In this document: positions 105,111 to 115,652 of the stretch, in pieces
How positions within the stretch are numbered: position 1 is the first letter of the stretch
How the letters are laid out: each line of letters starts with the position of its first letter
Source of the DNA: Hyalangium minutum
GTDB lineage: Bacteria > Myxococcota > Myxococcia > Myxococcales > Myxococcaceae
Reading direction: 5' to 3'
DNA: 248,000 nt
NCBI RefSeq assembly: GCF_000737315.1
Contig: NZ_JMCB01000002.1
Span: 268,001 to 516,000, forward strand
Made by a program: the position numbers and the translations under genes
The notes under the pieces: model-generated
Told to the model about the DNA's origin: nothing
Database searches by the model: none
The model's input: the letters and a program-made list of their open reading frames with translations, nothing else

Positions 105111-106880
105111 ATGCCCTCCTCCAAAGACCCTGTCTGCTCACGCTGGCATTTGCTGGGAGTCTCGACCGTGCTCGCCCTCACGGCGGCGGGCTGCGATCCC
105201 GTCGCTGCCAGCGCTCCCGCTGCGCCGCAGGCGCCTCTCACCCAGGCGGCCCAGAGGCTGAACTGCGAGGGCAGCGAGGTGAGCGGCTCATGCGAGTTCT
105301 ACCAGGTGGCCGAGGCCGAGGCCGACACCTACGTCAAGATCGGGTCCCAGCGTGAGCAGGACAAAAACTATGGCCACGAGGCCAGCTTCGCCGTCAGCGG
105401 CTGGTACTATACGTACGGCTACCTCCGCTTCAACCTGGGCAACCTCCCCGCTGGCGTGCAGGTCCACTCAGTGAAGCTCTCGGCCACGGCCTTCAAGGGG
105501 TACTCCCAGAACGGTGATGGCAACGTCTACGCGTACCTGGTCCCGAACAACTCGTGGAATGAGTACTACCTGACCTGGAACTACCGGCCGTGGGAAGTCG
105601 GAGATCCGCTGGGCTCATGGTTCCTGTGGTACCCCGTCGGCGACAGGACCGAGGACAAGGTCGGCGTGAACGCGGATCCGAGCCTCATCCCGGTCGTCCA
105701 GAACGCCGCGAATGCCACGGATCGGCGGATCTCGTTCCTGCTCCGGATCAATGGCGCGTACAACACGACCTACTACTCGCGCGAGGAGGCGGTCGCCTCG
105801 AGGCGCCCCAAGCTCCAGGTCGGCTACGTCTGGCCGGCCCTCACGTCCGAGGACGCCTGGGCGAGCGCGAGCCCCGCGCCTCTCGCCCTCACGAAGCAGT
105901 CCGCGACGCTGCTGGCGGATGGCCGGGTGCTGGTGGCGGGAGGAGCCGACTCCGTGGGGTGGACGGCCAGTGCGGCGGTCTACTCGCCCGCCACGCGCAC
106001 CTGGGCGTCCACGGCCTCCATGTTCGTGAAGCGCTATGGACACGGCGCCACGCTCCTGAGCTCCGGCGAGGTGCTCGTCACGGGCGGGGAGATCAGCAAC
106101 GTTCCCACTGCGACCACCGAGCGCTACAGCGCCACCACCGGCACCTGGAGCGCCGCTGCCGCGATGTCGCAGCCCCGCTTCCGCCACACCGTGACGGTGC
106201 TGAACGATGGGCGGCTGCTGGTGGCCGGTGGCTTCGATGGAACCACTGGGATTGCGACCACGGAGTTCTACGCGCCGAGCTCTGGCACCTGGACGCCGGG
106301 GCCCTCCATGTCCACGCGCCGCTTCGGGCACACCGCGACCCTGCTGCCCGATGGGCGAGTGCTGGTGGCGGGCGGACACACCGGTGGGCAGGCGCTCGCC
106401 ACCGCCGAGCTCTATGATCCGGCCACCAACACCTGGTCGGCCACCGGCACAATGAGCTCCAGCCACCACGGGCACGCAGCGGCTTTGCTTCCGGACGGCC
106501 GGGTTCTCGTGGCGAGCGGACTGACGCCCGGAGGACTCCCCACGCCGATCTCCGAGCTGTACAATCCCGCCACCGGGACGTGGGCGGCCACGGGCTCACT
106601 GACCACGGCGCGCAGCGAGTTCACCCTCGCAATGCTGCCCTCGGGCCGGGTGCTGGTGCTGGGCGGCATCAGCGGCTCGGGAGCAGTCACCTCCACGGTT
106701 GAGAGCTACGATGTCACCACGGGCACCTGGACGCAGGCCCCCGTGATGGGCACCGCGCGCCGCAACCTCTCGGCCACGGTGCTGCCCGAGGGGCGCATCC
106801 TTGTCGTCGGGGGGCAGCAGGATGGCACCACCGTGCCGCTCTCCTCCGCCGAGCTCTTCACGCCAGCAGGGGGACCCTGA
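105111..106880 (+). CDS. DNRLRE/CBM96-like plus Kelch-repeat lipoprotein
   Basis: Lipobox AAGC; ADTYV..NYG, YLRF.L; Kelch repeats. Confidence 0.8.
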   Translation: MPSSKDPVCSRWHLLGVSTVLALTAAGCDPVAASAPAAPQAPLTQAAQRLNCEGSEVSGSCEFYQVAEAEADTYVKIGSQREQDKNYGHEASFAVSGWYYTYGYLRFNLGNLPAGVQVHSVKLSATAFKGYSQNGDGNVYAYLVPNNSWNEYYLTWNYRPWEVGDPLGSWFLWYPVGDRTEDKVGVNADPSLIPVVQNAANATDRRISFLLRINGAYNTTYYSREEAVASRRPKLQVGYVWPALTSEDAWASASPAPLALTKQSATLLADGRVLVAGGADSVGWTASAAVYSPATRTWASTASMFVKRYGHGATLLSSGEVLVTGGEISNVPTATTERYSATTGTWSAAAAMSQPRFRHTVTVLNDGRLLVAGGFDGTTGIATTEFYAPSSGTWTPGPSMSTRRFGHTATLLPDGRVLVAGGHTGGQALATAELYDPATNTWSATGTMSSSHHGHAAALLPDGRVLVASGLTPGGLPTPISELYNPATGTWAATGSLTTARSEFTLAMLPSGRVLVLGGISGSGAVTSTVESYDVTTGTWTQAPVMGTARRNLSATVLPEGRILVVGGQQDGTTVPLSSAELFTPAGGP

Positions 106881-106919
106881 CCGATCACCCCCGAGGTCAA
106901 GGCGGTAGACTGCGCATCC

Positions 106920-107780
106920 ATGGAGCCATCGAAGTCAGGCGGGTTGAGCTCGATACGCACCGTGTTGCGGATCGGTGCGGGGATCGTCGTGGGTGGGGGT
107001 CTGCTCGTGGGAGTGGTGTTCTGGGCCGTCTACGGGTGGGTTCGGGACTCGGCGCCCAGCCAGGCGGCGCAGGTGTTCCTCTCCGAGCACCCCATAGTCC
107101 AGGCCGATCTCGGGGAGCACATCCGGCTGAGTGGAATGCTGCAGGGGAAGTTCTCCGACCAGAGGCAGACCGGCTCCGCCAGGTTCACCTTGCCGCTGAG
107201 CGGGAGCCTGGGAAAGGGCATGGCCGAGGTTCAGCTGGCGAAGGATGGAGGCCTGTGGCGGGTGACGTCCGGCTTCTATCAAGGACGGGATGGAGTGCGT
107301 CGGGAACTGGTCGCGCAGGAGGAGGAAGGGGACGACAGCCGGAAGCAGCTGGTGCATGCCCACAGGCTCTACAAGTCGGGCAAGAGCCAGGAGGCGATCG
107401 CGGAGTTGAACGCGCTGCTGGAGCGATTCCCGGACGACGCGGAGGCCCTGTATTGGAGGGCGCAGATCCGGGCGAGGCTTGGAGAGAACGACGCGGCGCG
107501 CGAGGACATCCTCCGAGCGGTGGCTTTGAAGGTGGACTTGAGAGAGGCCTACCAGCTCCACGACTCCCTGCTGGCGCGAGAGCACCGGTGGGAGGAGATC
107601 ATCCACGCCTGGACCGAGTACCTGGAGCGCCACCCGGAAGATGACGTGGCGCTGCTGGAGCGCGCAGGAACCTGGCACCACCAGGGCGACGAGGCGCGGG
107701 CCCTGGAGGATCTGAAGCGCTCGTGCGAGCTGGACAATGCCCAGGCCTGCGCGCTGCACAGGCGACAGACAGGGCAGTGA
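106920..107780 (+). CDS. Coa1-like plus TPR membrane protein
   Basis: N-terminal TM, LGE.I, several TPRs. Confidence 0.6.
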   Translation: MEPSKSGGLSSIRTVLRIGAGIVVGGGLLVGVVFWAVYGWVRDSAPSQAAQVFLSEHPIVQADLGEHIRLSGMLQGKFSDQRQTGSARFTLPLSGSLGKGMAEVQLAKDGGLWRVTSGFYQGRDGVRRELVAQEEEGDDSRKQLVHAHRLYKSGKSQEAIAELNALLERFPDDAEALYWRAQIRARLGENDAAREDILRAVALKVDLREAYQLHDSLLAREHRWEEIIHAWTEYLERHPEDDVALLERAGTWHHQGDEARALEDLKRSCELDNAQACALHRRQTGQ

Positions 107781-107862
107781 GCGAGGGGCTCGCTCACCTA
107801 TTTCGCAGGACGGGCAAGCCCCTGCCCTCCCCGTTGATCCCCAGAAGGCTTGGAGATGCTGC

Positions 107863-108657
107863 ATGCACTCGAAAGTGGCTCACCCTCGAACTCGTTTCTC
107901 GTCAGTCGCTGCTCTCTTCGCCACGGTCCTCGCCCTCTCTGTCGGCAGACCCACCGCCCACGCGGGGACGGAGCTCCAAGCACCGACGCAAGGCCTCGTC
108001 GGCCTGCTCGAACTGCCTGAGATCCTGGGAACCAGCGACCCGGCCGGACCTCCTGGGCAGGTGCAGGCCCAGGGCTCCGGCCGCGTTTCCGTGTTGGCCC
108101 GGCCCGATGCGAAGTCGCCCGTCGTGGCGCTGCTCGACGTGACGGGAATTACGGACCCGGCCGGGAAGCGGCTGTGCTCCTGGCGTTCAGAGACACCCAG
108201 CGCCACGCTCTGTGCCACCCTCGAACATGACTATGAAGCGGTGTCCCTGCTTGTGTATCGGACAAGCGGGGAGGGCTGGTTCGAGATCGCGCTCGACGGC
108301 CAAGGCAAGGCTCGCGGCTGGGTGAAGAGCTCGCCCCGAGCCACCTTCCGCCCCCTCGCTGTGCTCTTTCGCGATCGTCTGACGTACTTGACTCCAAGCT
108401 GGGACAGGACGCTGGCGCCGAAGCCCGGCGGAGCGGCCGCGCCGGGAGCCCCTCGGCCGGCCTTGAAACAGCCGGAGCCGGCCGTTCGGGTCAAATCGAC
108501 GGCCACCGTCCGAGGCAAGCTCTGGCTCGAGGTGGACATCCTGGATGGCGTGTGCGGACAGAGTGATTCACCGAAGGTGCTCTCCTCCGGTTGGGTGCCG
108601 GCGCACTCGCAGGCGGACGGGAGGCTCGTCGTCTGGTTCTACTCCCGGGGCTGCTGA
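107863..108657 (+). CDS. Exported hypothetical protein (SH3-like segments)
   Basis: Signal peptide; W.EI..GWV repeats. Confidence 0.55.
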   Translation: MHSKVAHPRTRFSSVAALFATVLALSVGRPTAHAGTELQAPTQGLVGLLELPEILGTSDPAGPPGQVQAQGSGRVSVLARPDAKSPVVALLDVTGITDPAGKRLCSWRSETPSATLCATLEHDYEAVSLLVYRTSGEGWFEIALDGQGKARGWVKSSPRATFRPLAVLFRDRLTYLTPSWDRTLAPKPGGAAAPGAPRPALKQPEPAVRVKSTATVRGKLWLEVDILDGVCGQSDSPKVLSSGWVPAHSQADGRLVVWFYSRGC

Positions 108658-108722
108658 GCGGCCGTGACAACCGCTGCAGCGCCAATGCCGGTAGGATGCG
108701 CGCTTCCTCCCCAGGTGCAGTC

Positions 108723-109319
108723 ATGGCTGCAGTGATTCTCGAAGCCCGCTGTGTCGCCCCCTTCGTCGTCCGGCTCCGCTTCAGCGATGGGCAAGAGGGC
108801 GAGGCGAACCTCAAGCCCTGCCTCTTCGATTGGGAAGCGGCGCGCGTGCCTGAGCTCTCCTCCGAGACGCGCGACTGGCTGCGCTCGCCGGAGAACTTTC
108901 AGACCGTCCGCGTGGACCCTGCGACGGGCACGCTCGCCTGGGGCGACAGGCGGCCGTTCAGTGCGTACCTGCTGTACTGGCGCGTGGAGAGGCATCGGGT
109001 GACGGCAGTCATCCGCTCGAAGGATGGGGCCGTCCTCTCCACCCAGGCGCTCGGCGGGAGGCACGAGGCCTGGACGAAGGGGCTCACCCTCGGGCGAGCC
109101 GAAACCAACATCGTCGTCGTGGATCAGGAAGGTGTGGCGCCGCACCACGCTCGGGTGACTATCGGCGGCGGTCATCACCCTCGCTATTTCATCGAGGTGG
109201 TGGAGGGAGAGACGGCCGCCGGAGGGACCCGTTCGTTCACGCCCGGCGAGCGCTGGAGTGTCCCCGCGCGGCAGCCGCTCCGGCTGGAGATGGGCGCCTG
109301 CACCGTGGAGATCGAGTGA
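108723..109319 (+). CDS. DUF2442-like plus FHA-like fusion
   Basis: LRFSDG..G..F..V.VD..T.AW; LGR......VAPHHARV. Confidence 0.6.
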   Translation: MAAVILEARCVAPFVVRLRFSDGQEGEANLKPCLFDWEAARVPELSSETRDWLRSPENFQTVRVDPATGTLAWGDRRPFSAYLLYWRVERHRVTAVIRSKDGAVLSTQALGGRHEAWTKGLTLGRAETNIVVVDQEGVAPHHARVTIGGGHHPRYFIEVVEGETAAGGTRSFTPGERWSVPARQPLRLEMGACTVEIE

Positions 109320-109325
109320 GCACGG

Positions 109326-110342
109326 CTAGGTGACGAGGCGCCCCGCGCGAGCGAGCCGGAGCAAGCCAGCGCGGGCCTCGGACCACTGCCGCGTCAGCGC
109401 CTCAGACGGCTCGCCGAGCCTGCTCGTCGCGTCGAGCAGCGGGAACGTCGAGGCCATCGCGCGTGGGCTGGGCGAGCGATCGGCCGTCGGGAGAATGGTG
109501 GTTTTCCCGGCATGGACCTGTCGCTCGACGCGCACGACGCCGTCGGGCCAGCGCTCGACGAGGGCATTGACGACGGTGGAGACGGCGGCCTCCGGCAGTG
109601 GCTGCCCGGTCGCCTCGGCCCACCGCACCAGGACTGCGAGCCCACGCAGCACATCGTAGAAGTAGAAGCGCGGGAACGTGAGCGCGCGCCAGGCCACCGC
109701 CGCGTCGCGCTCCTCTGCGTTGTGCACGGACCGCGAGCCGTGGATGAGGGCACGATCGATCATGAAGCCCCCAGCGCGAGCGACAAAGGCGCGCTGCTCG
109801 CTCGCCCCGGCTCCGCCGAGCAGCATGGCCTCGAGCGGCGCGACAGTCCCGACCATCGAGCTCGGGCACTCGCCGGTCTGGAGGTACGCGGTGTTGTCGC
109901 AGTTGAGGCCGCCATCGGCCATCTGGTACCGCACGAACCAGGGCTTGACCCAGGGCAGCGCGCTTTCGACGTCGATGCCGCACGCGGCCAGCACTGGGTA
110001 CATCGTTCCGAGGGCGCAATGACAGGCGCTGTCGCGCTGCAGGTCGGCGCCCGGAGCATCGCTCGGGTGGATCGGGAAGAGGTGCAAGAGCCGATTGATC
110101 CTCGTGGCCATTGCCGCGGAGGTCCGCGCCGGGATCTGGCGTGCTTCGCCGAGCTCGTGGAGCAGCAGCATGTGCCACCACGGGGAGTTCCACTTGGGCC
110201 AGTACGGATCGAGCTCGATGCCGCGTAGCGCGGCGTCCGAGCCGAGGTAGGCGACGGAATCGGCGATCCCATGCTCGACTTCAGCGCTCCGGAGCGGGGT
110301 GGAGCTGGGAACGGCGGCAAGGTTCTCAAGATTGATCATCAT
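109326..110342 (-). CDS. Hypothetical alpha/alpha-toroid-like protein
   Basis: YQMADGGLNC; FPRFYFYD.LR motif. Confidence 0.55.
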   Translation of the reverse strand: MMINLENLAAVPSSTPLRSAEVEHGIADSVAYLGSDAALRGIELDPYWPKWNSPWWHMLLLHELGEARQIPARTSAAMATRINRLLHLFPIHPSDAPGADLQRDSACHCALGTMYPVLAACGIDVESALPWVKPWFVRYQMADGGLNCDNTAYLQTGECPSSMVGTVAPLEAMLLGGAGASEQRAFVARAGGFMIDRALIHGSRSVHNAEERDAAVAWRALTFPRFYFYDVLRGLAVLVRWAEATGQPLPEAAVSTVVNALVERWPDGVVRVERQVHAGKTTILPTADRSPSPRAMASTFPLLDATSRLGEPSEALTRQWSEARAGLLRLARAGRLVT

Positions 110343-110396
110343 CGGCGGCTCTGGCTCAAGAAGCCTCTTAATGGGGGAGCCACCCCCGGGCGAGTG

Positions 110397-111311
110397 CTAT
110401 TTCAGCCGGAGGCGCTCACGCGCCTCGTGCCACGCCGGGGGAATGGACCCACGCCCCGTGTGCAGCACGACGATGCCGCCCACGATGGCGCACGTGGTGT
110501 CACGATCCCCGAGCCCAGAGACCGTGGCCCACAGTGCCTCCGCGTAGTCGTCCAGGTGGCGTGCCGCGCACCACACGCAGAAGGGCACCGTATCCTCGGA
110601 GATGACCCGCGACCCGCTGCCCAGCTCCTTCGCCGCGACTGCCGGCGATGCCTCGAGCGGCAGCGCTCGTGCTTTCTCCAGCCCTCTGCGCGTGGCTCCC
110701 GGTGGGGTGTGCTCCAGCACCGCGTCGAAGAGCTGACGCGCCGAGGGGTTCCTCTCCCGCTCCTGCCAGGCCCAGGCGGCCGCCACAGCGACGGCGATGG
110801 CCCCCGCCTGCCCCTCTGGATGGAAGTGCGTCACCTCCGCGGAGGCTCGGGCCTCGGACACCGCCCGGGCCAGATCGTCCGCGAAGTAGGCCCCCAGCGG
110901 CGCCACGCGCATGGCACCGCCGTTCCCCATGGAGCCCGTCCCCCCGAAGACTCGCGAGGAGACTCTGCGCCACGGCTCGCCCTCGTGGATCGCCTGGAGG
111001 ATCTCGTGCGCCGTGCCCCCATAGCCTCGGTAGGGATTCTCGCGGTAGCGGGCGCCGAAGACCCTCGCGAGCTGATCCGGGTCTACCCGCCCATGCTCCT
111101 CCAGCACCTGGACGAGACCCAATGCCATCTCCGTGTCGTCTGTGTAGCCCCACGGTGGCTTGGGCAGGGCCCGCTGCTCGAGCATTGGCACCAGGGTCGA
111201 CGGAGGCAGGAAGAACCGCTCGCCGAACGCATCCCCTACGGACAATCCCTCCAGCGAGAGCAGGGCGCGCTCCATTCGTACAGCATGGTCGGCAGGTTTC
111301 GAGATCGTCAT
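110397..111311 (-). CDS. ADP-ribosylglycohydrolase
   Basis: GDAFG, TDDT, GNGGAMR, GDRDT. Confidence 0.92.
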   Translation of the reverse strand: MTISKPADHAVRMERALLSLEGLSVGDAFGERFFLPPSTLVPMLEQRALPKPPWGYTDDTEMALGLVQVLEEHGRVDPDQLARVFGARYRENPYRGYGGTAHEILQAIHEGEPWRRVSSRVFGGTGSMGNGGAMRVAPLGAYFADDLARAVSEARASAEVTHFHPEGQAGAIAVAVAAAWAWQERERNPSARQLFDAVLEHTPPGATRRGLEKARALPLEASPAVAAKELGSGSRVISEDTVPFCVWCAARHLDDYAEALWATVSGLGDRDTTCAIVGGIVVLHTGRGSIPPAWHEARERLRLK

Positions 111312-111443
111312 GCCGCATGGTCCAACGGCGGGTGGCTAAGTGTCAATAAAACACTAACTAAAGGTGAAGGCGTCTTCCTCGGTCTGGCGGTGGACCCGCC
111401 TCACAAGGTAGGGTTGCATCCTCCCTACCTGCAAGGACACCCC

Positions 111444-112859
111444 ATGCACGACGACCTGCCGCCCCTCGGCGCGACCGTGGGCCCATGGCTCATCCTCAAC
111501 CGCGTCGACTCGGGCTCTTATGGGGTGGTGTTCCATGCACGGCGCACCCACGCTCCCGAGTCGCCGCCCGTGGCGCTGAAGGTCGCCAAGCAACCTGAAG
111601 ATCCTCGCTTCGAGCGGGAGACCGAGGTGCTTCAGCGCAGCCACCACCCGTCCATTCCGCGCTTCGAGGGCATGGGGCTGTGGATGGGACCGTCAGGCTG
111701 CGGCTACCCCTACCTGGCCATGGAGTCCGTGGAGGGCGTCACCCTCTATCGCTGGTTCCAGGAGCAACCGCGCTCCAGTCTGGACGTGCTGCGGGTGGTG
111801 GTGCAGTTGGCGGGGGCCCTGGCGTCCGCGCACGGCCGAGGCATCCTCCACCGTGACGTGAAGGGCGACAACATCCGCGTTACTCCTGCGGGCCGGGCGG
111901 TGCTCCTGGACTGGGGGAGCTGCTGGCTGCCCACGGCCCGGCCTCTGACGGACACGCCGGTGCCTCCGGGGACCAGCGCCTACCGCCCACCCGAGCAGCG
112001 CGGGTTCATGTACGCCTTCCACAAGGACATGGAGGCGCGGTGGGCGTCCCGGCCTGCGGATGATCTGTACGCCCTCGGAGTCACCCTCTACCGGCTTGTC
112101 ACGGGGACGTACTTGCCTCCCTGTACGGATGGGATGGGCTTGGTGGAGGTGGAGGTGCCCAAGCCCTCGGAGAGGGTGACGGTGAGCCCCGAGCTCGAGG
112201 CGCTCATCCTGCGGCTGCTCTCGGATGACCGGCAGGCTCGGGGCACGGCGGAGCAGCTCGTGCGCGAGGCGCTGGAGTGGGTGCAGGCGGCCGGAACGGA
112301 TGCGCGAGAGCCCATCCTTCCCAAGCACAGCGCGCCCTGTACCGAGGAGGGGCAGGTCTCTTCAGATGGCTCATGCGACGAAGAGATTCTCTCGGATACC
112401 GAACCCACCCCCCCGTGTAGAGCGCGCCAGCGGTTCCCCACCTTCCCTGTATTGGGGGCCGCGTTCATGTTGGGGGCTCTCGTCATGGCACTGCTGCCAA
112501 TGAGAAGGCAGCCCGTGACAGAGGAGCCGTCCGCGCCATGGATGGCCACGCCGCAGGAGGTGGAGCAGTTCACCCCAGACGGGGGTGTCGGCGAGGAGGC
112601 CTTGTCGAGCGTTCAAAATGTGCCTCGTGCAGCCGTTCCCACCAGTTTTCTCGGCTTGCGGATGCAGAAGGAGCCGCTGCCCGGGCAGAAAAAGCCGCCG
112701 TGCGAACCGGAGATTCAGACGGTCATCAACGGCGGATGTTGGGTAGGTCCACTTGGCAGGAGAAAGCCACCGTGTGGCTCCGAGGCGTTTGACTACGACG
112801 ATGGCTGTTACATGCCCGTGTTCCCCGCGCCCCGCCAGCCCACCTCGGAGCCGCCGTGA
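111444..112859 (+). CDS. Ser/Thr kinase
   Basis: GSYG, VALK, HRDVKGDN, DWG, YRPPE. Confidence 0.88.
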   Translation: MHDDLPPLGATVGPWLILNRVDSGSYGVVFHARRTHAPESPPVALKVAKQPEDPRFERETEVLQRSHHPSIPRFEGMGLWMGPSGCGYPYLAMESVEGVTLYRWFQEQPRSSLDVLRVVVQLAGALASAHGRGILHRDVKGDNIRVTPAGRAVLLDWGSCWLPTARPLTDTPVPPGTSAYRPPEQRGFMYAFHKDMEARWASRPADDLYALGVTLYRLVTGTYLPPCTDGMGLVEVEVPKPSERVTVSPELEALILRLLSDDRQARGTAEQLVREALEWVQAAGTDAREPILPKHSAPCTEEGQVSSDGSCDEEILSDTEPTPPCRARQRFPTFPVLGAAFMLGALVMALLPMRRQPVTEEPSAPWMATPQEVEQFTPDGGVGEEALSSVQNVPRAAVPTSFLGLRMQKEPLPGQKKPPCEPEIQTVINGGCWVGPLGRRKPPCGSEAFDYDDGCYMPVFPAPRQPTSEPP

Positions 112860-113006
112860 CGCTCATTCATCCAATGCCTCGAGCTCGGAGGTCGCCCACA
112901 TTTGCCAGGCGGCTCCAGGTTTCACGCGAAAATGCAGAAAGTGTCTCCGGGCGTTGTTAGATGCTCCGCCCGCTGCGACTCACCGGCAGCCGGCTTGAAT
113001 GAGGGG

Positions 113007-113447
113007 ATGACCGTGACGGAGAACACCACCCAGCGCATCTCGGATGCGGCGCTGGCGCACCTGGGGTTGCGGCTGGTGCTGGGCATCAATATCGCCGTCC
113101 ATGGACTCGTACGGGTGCCCGCGCCGGTCGCCTTCGCCGAGGGGATGGTCAAGGGCTTCGCGGAGACGCCGCTGCCCGCGCCGCTCGTGCTCGCCTTCGG
113201 TGTCACGCTGCCCTTCATCGAGCTCGCCGTGGGGGTGGCTGTGCTGCTCGGATTGCGCCTGCGCTGGGCGCTGTTCGGCGGGCTGCTCGTCATGGCCGGG
113301 CTGACCTTCGGGACGTGCTTGCAGCAGAACTGGAACAACGCGGGGCTGCAGCTCACATATGCAGTGGCTTACGCGGCGCTGCTCGCCACCGTCGCTCACG
113401 CGCGGTTCACGCTGGATGGGACGCTGGAGCGGCGTACGCGCTCATGA
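113007..113447 (+). CDS. DoxX family membrane protein
   Basis: LRL.LG.N...HG; E...G..LLG. Confidence 0.8.
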   Translation: MTVTENTTQRISDAALAHLGLRLVLGINIAVHGLVRVPAPVAFAEGMVKGFAETPLPAPLVLAFGVTLPFIELAVGVAVLLGLRLRWALFGGLLVMAGLTFGTCLQQNWNNAGLQLTYAVAYAALLATVAHARFTLDGTLERRTRS

Positions 113448-114331
113448 GTGAAGCGCCTTCGGCCCGTCCTCGCTGGACCCTGCCCCCCATCCCCGCGGTG
113501 CTCCTGGCTGTCGTGAGCGTGCAGGGCGGCGCCGCCTTCGCGAAGGAGCTGTTCCCTGTGCTCGGTTCGGCGGGCACGGCGGGCATGCGCATTGGGTTGT
113601 CCTCGCTTCTGCTGTTCGCGGCTTTCAGGCCGCGGCTCGCGCAGTTCACGCGCGCGCAGTGGGCCGCGGTCATCCCCTATGGGGTGGTGCTCGGCACGAT
113701 GAACCTGAGCTTCTACAAGGCGCTCGAGCGCATTCCCCTGGGACTGGCTGTCACGTTGGAGTTCGCCGGTCCCCTGGGCGTCGCGGTGTTCGGGTCGCGG
113801 CGCGCCTCGGACTTCCTGTGGGTGGTGCTCGCGGCGGCCGGCATCGCCTTTATCGCGCCGTGGCGCGGAGACGTCGGCGCCGTGGACTCGGTGGGGGTGC
113901 TGCTGGCGCTCTTCGCCGGAGGATGCTGGGCGGCCTACATCGTGCTCGGCGGGCGCGTGGCCAAGGTGCTCCCCGGTGGGGGGAGCGTCGCGACGGGGAT
114001 GCTGTTCGGCTCGCTGACGGTCCTGCCTTTCTCGTTCGCGGAGGGACTCGCGACACGGCTGACGCCTTCGCTGGTCGCGGCGTCCCTGGCGGTCGCGCTG
114101 CTCTCCAGCGCGGTGCCATACACCCTGGAGATGTCGGCGCTGCGGGTGCTGTCGAGCCGCACCTTCGGCATCCTGATGAGCCTGGAGCCAGCGGTGGCGG
114201 CCCTCGCGGGCTGGGTGTTCCTGCGAGAGCAGCTCACCGGGACGCAGTGGCTCGCGCTGGTGTGCGTGAGTGCTGCGTCCGCGGGAGCCGCGCTCACCGC
114301 TCGCCGTGGGCCTCCGCCTGTGGAGGCCTGA
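113444..114331 (+). CDS. EamA/RhtA-type exporter
   Basis: SVQ.GAA.AK, PLG.AVTLEF.GP, PY.LE. Confidence 0.88.
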   Translation: MSEAPSARPRWTLPPIPAVLLAVVSVQGGAAFAKELFPVLGSAGTAGMRIGLSSLLLFAAFRPRLAQFTRAQWAAVIPYGVVLGTMNLSFYKALERIPLGLAVTLEFAGPLGVAVFGSRRASDFLWVVLAAAGIAFIAPWRGDVGAVDSVGVLLALFAGGCWAAYIVLGGRVAKVLPGGGSVATGMLFGSLTVLPFSFAEGLATRLTPSLVAASLAVALLSSAVPYTLEMSALRVLSSRTFGILMSLEPAVAALAGWVFLREQLTGTQWLALVCVSAASAGAALTARRGPPPVEA

Positions 114332-114387
114332 CACGGCGGTTCGGTCCTCCCTGAGCGGGAGTCCTGGAGCCAACAGGGGCTCTTGAA

Positions 114388-115587
114388 TCAGCAGCCGGTG
114401 TTGGCGCCGGCGCTCACGCCGAGCTTGCCCGTGAAGTTGAGGTAGTTGTTCACGCGGCTCTGGACCTGGCCGGGGTTCTTGCCGCCGCACTCCAGCGCAC
114501 CGTTGATGGTGCGGATGGTCTCGCCAAAGCCCCGGTTGTTCACCATGGCGTCGTGCCCCGTCATGGAGCCCGCGCCCGTCTGCGTCATCCAGAACCACAG
114601 GCCCGTGCGCCAGGCGACGTTCGCATCGCGCGCCACGAGGTCCGGGTCATCCCTGAGGTTGAGGCCCAGCGCGTTGCCCGCCGCGCAGTAGTTGCCGTTC
114701 CACGACAGCTGGATGGGGCCACGGCCGTAGTACCGCTTGCCCGCCGCGCAGTAGCAGCCCGGGGGGCCCCAGCTCGGGTCGCACATGTCGCTCTTGTTGA
114801 TCTCCTCGGTGTACACGAGCCCGCCTGTCTCGTGCGCCACGTTGGCCAGGAAGGCGGCAACCTCGCGCTTGCGCGTGTCCGTGTCGCCCGTGGTGGCGAA
114901 GGCGGGGAAGGTGCTGGCCGCGGCCACCAGCGCCGAGTAGCTGTAGAAGCCGTTGCGGCCGGGGAACATGGAGTTGAAGGTGGCCTCGCTCAGGATGGCG
115001 GCCAGGCCCGTGCCCGTGGGAGGGGGCGTGGTGCCACCGCTCACCTTGTCCAGGGTGAAGAGCTGGTTGGGGCCGCCCGAGTACGGGTACTGCACGTAGA
115101 TGGTGCCGTTGTTGGACGAGCCCCAGTACAGGTCGATGGCCATGCCCGTGTGGCGCGGGTGGAAGCTGAACTGGTTGTTACCGCGGGCGATGAACTGGAA
115201 TTGCTGGTTGGCGCCGCCCAAGTACGACCACTGGTGGACCTCGGCGTTCTGGGCGGTGCTCACCTCCTTGATGTCGAGCCCCTTGCCACTGTTGACGTTG
115301 ATGATCTTCCAGAAGCCATCGGAGGTGGGGGAGATGTGGAACTTCTGGGCATTGGTGCCATTGCAATCCCACTGCTGGACCTTGGCGCCATCGGCGGTGC
115401 TGGAGGAGGCGACGTCAACGCACTTGCCCGTCATGGCGGAGCGGATGACATAGTCGCCCTCGGAGAGGCTGGACACGATGGCGGCGCTCTCCAACTGGGA
115501 GAGTGGCTCCAAGGTCTCCATCTCGTTGGCGCCACATCCGCCCAGTCCAATCACACCCAACAACGATATACAGCGCAGCATGCTCAT
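114388..115587 (-). CDS. GH19 chitinase with ricin-B lectin domain
   Basis: QxW repeats; REVAAFLANV.HET, YYGRGPIQLSWN.NY, INGALEC. Confidence 0.92.
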   Translation of the reverse strand: MSMLRCISLLGVIGLGGCGANEMETLEPLSQLESAAIVSSLSEGDYVIRSAMTGKCVDVASSSTADGAKVQQWDCNGTNAQKFHISPTSDGFWKIINVNSGKGLDIKEVSTAQNAEVHQWSYLGGANQQFQFIARGNNQFSFHPRHTGMAIDLYWGSSNNGTIYVQYPYSGGPNQLFTLDKVSGGTTPPPTGTGLAAILSEATFNSMFPGRNGFYSYSALVAAASTFPAFATTGDTDTRKREVAAFLANVAHETGGLVYTEEINKSDMCDPSWGPPGCYCAAGKRYYGRGPIQLSWNGNYCAAGNALGLNLRDDPDLVARDANVAWRTGLWFWMTQTGAGSMTGHDAMVNNRGFGETIRTINGALECGGKNPGQVQSRVNNYLNFTGKLGVSAGANTGC

Positions 115588-115637
115588 TCGGGACACTTGG
115601 TTCTCCTTGGGGGTAAGTGAAGCTGGCGGCCCCCAAA

Positions 115638-115652
115638 GCATTCCGCGTGCCA
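115638..115652 (-). promoter_or_regulatory. Sigma-54 promoter for the chitinase gene
   Basis: Minus strand TGGCACGCGGAATGC = GG-N10-GC about 50 bp upstream of the start. Confidence 0.6.

Noticed and set aside
110397-111311. Antitoxin for the DarT-like protein
   Set aside because: It is 59 kb away and belongs to the ARH family, with no evidence of linkage.
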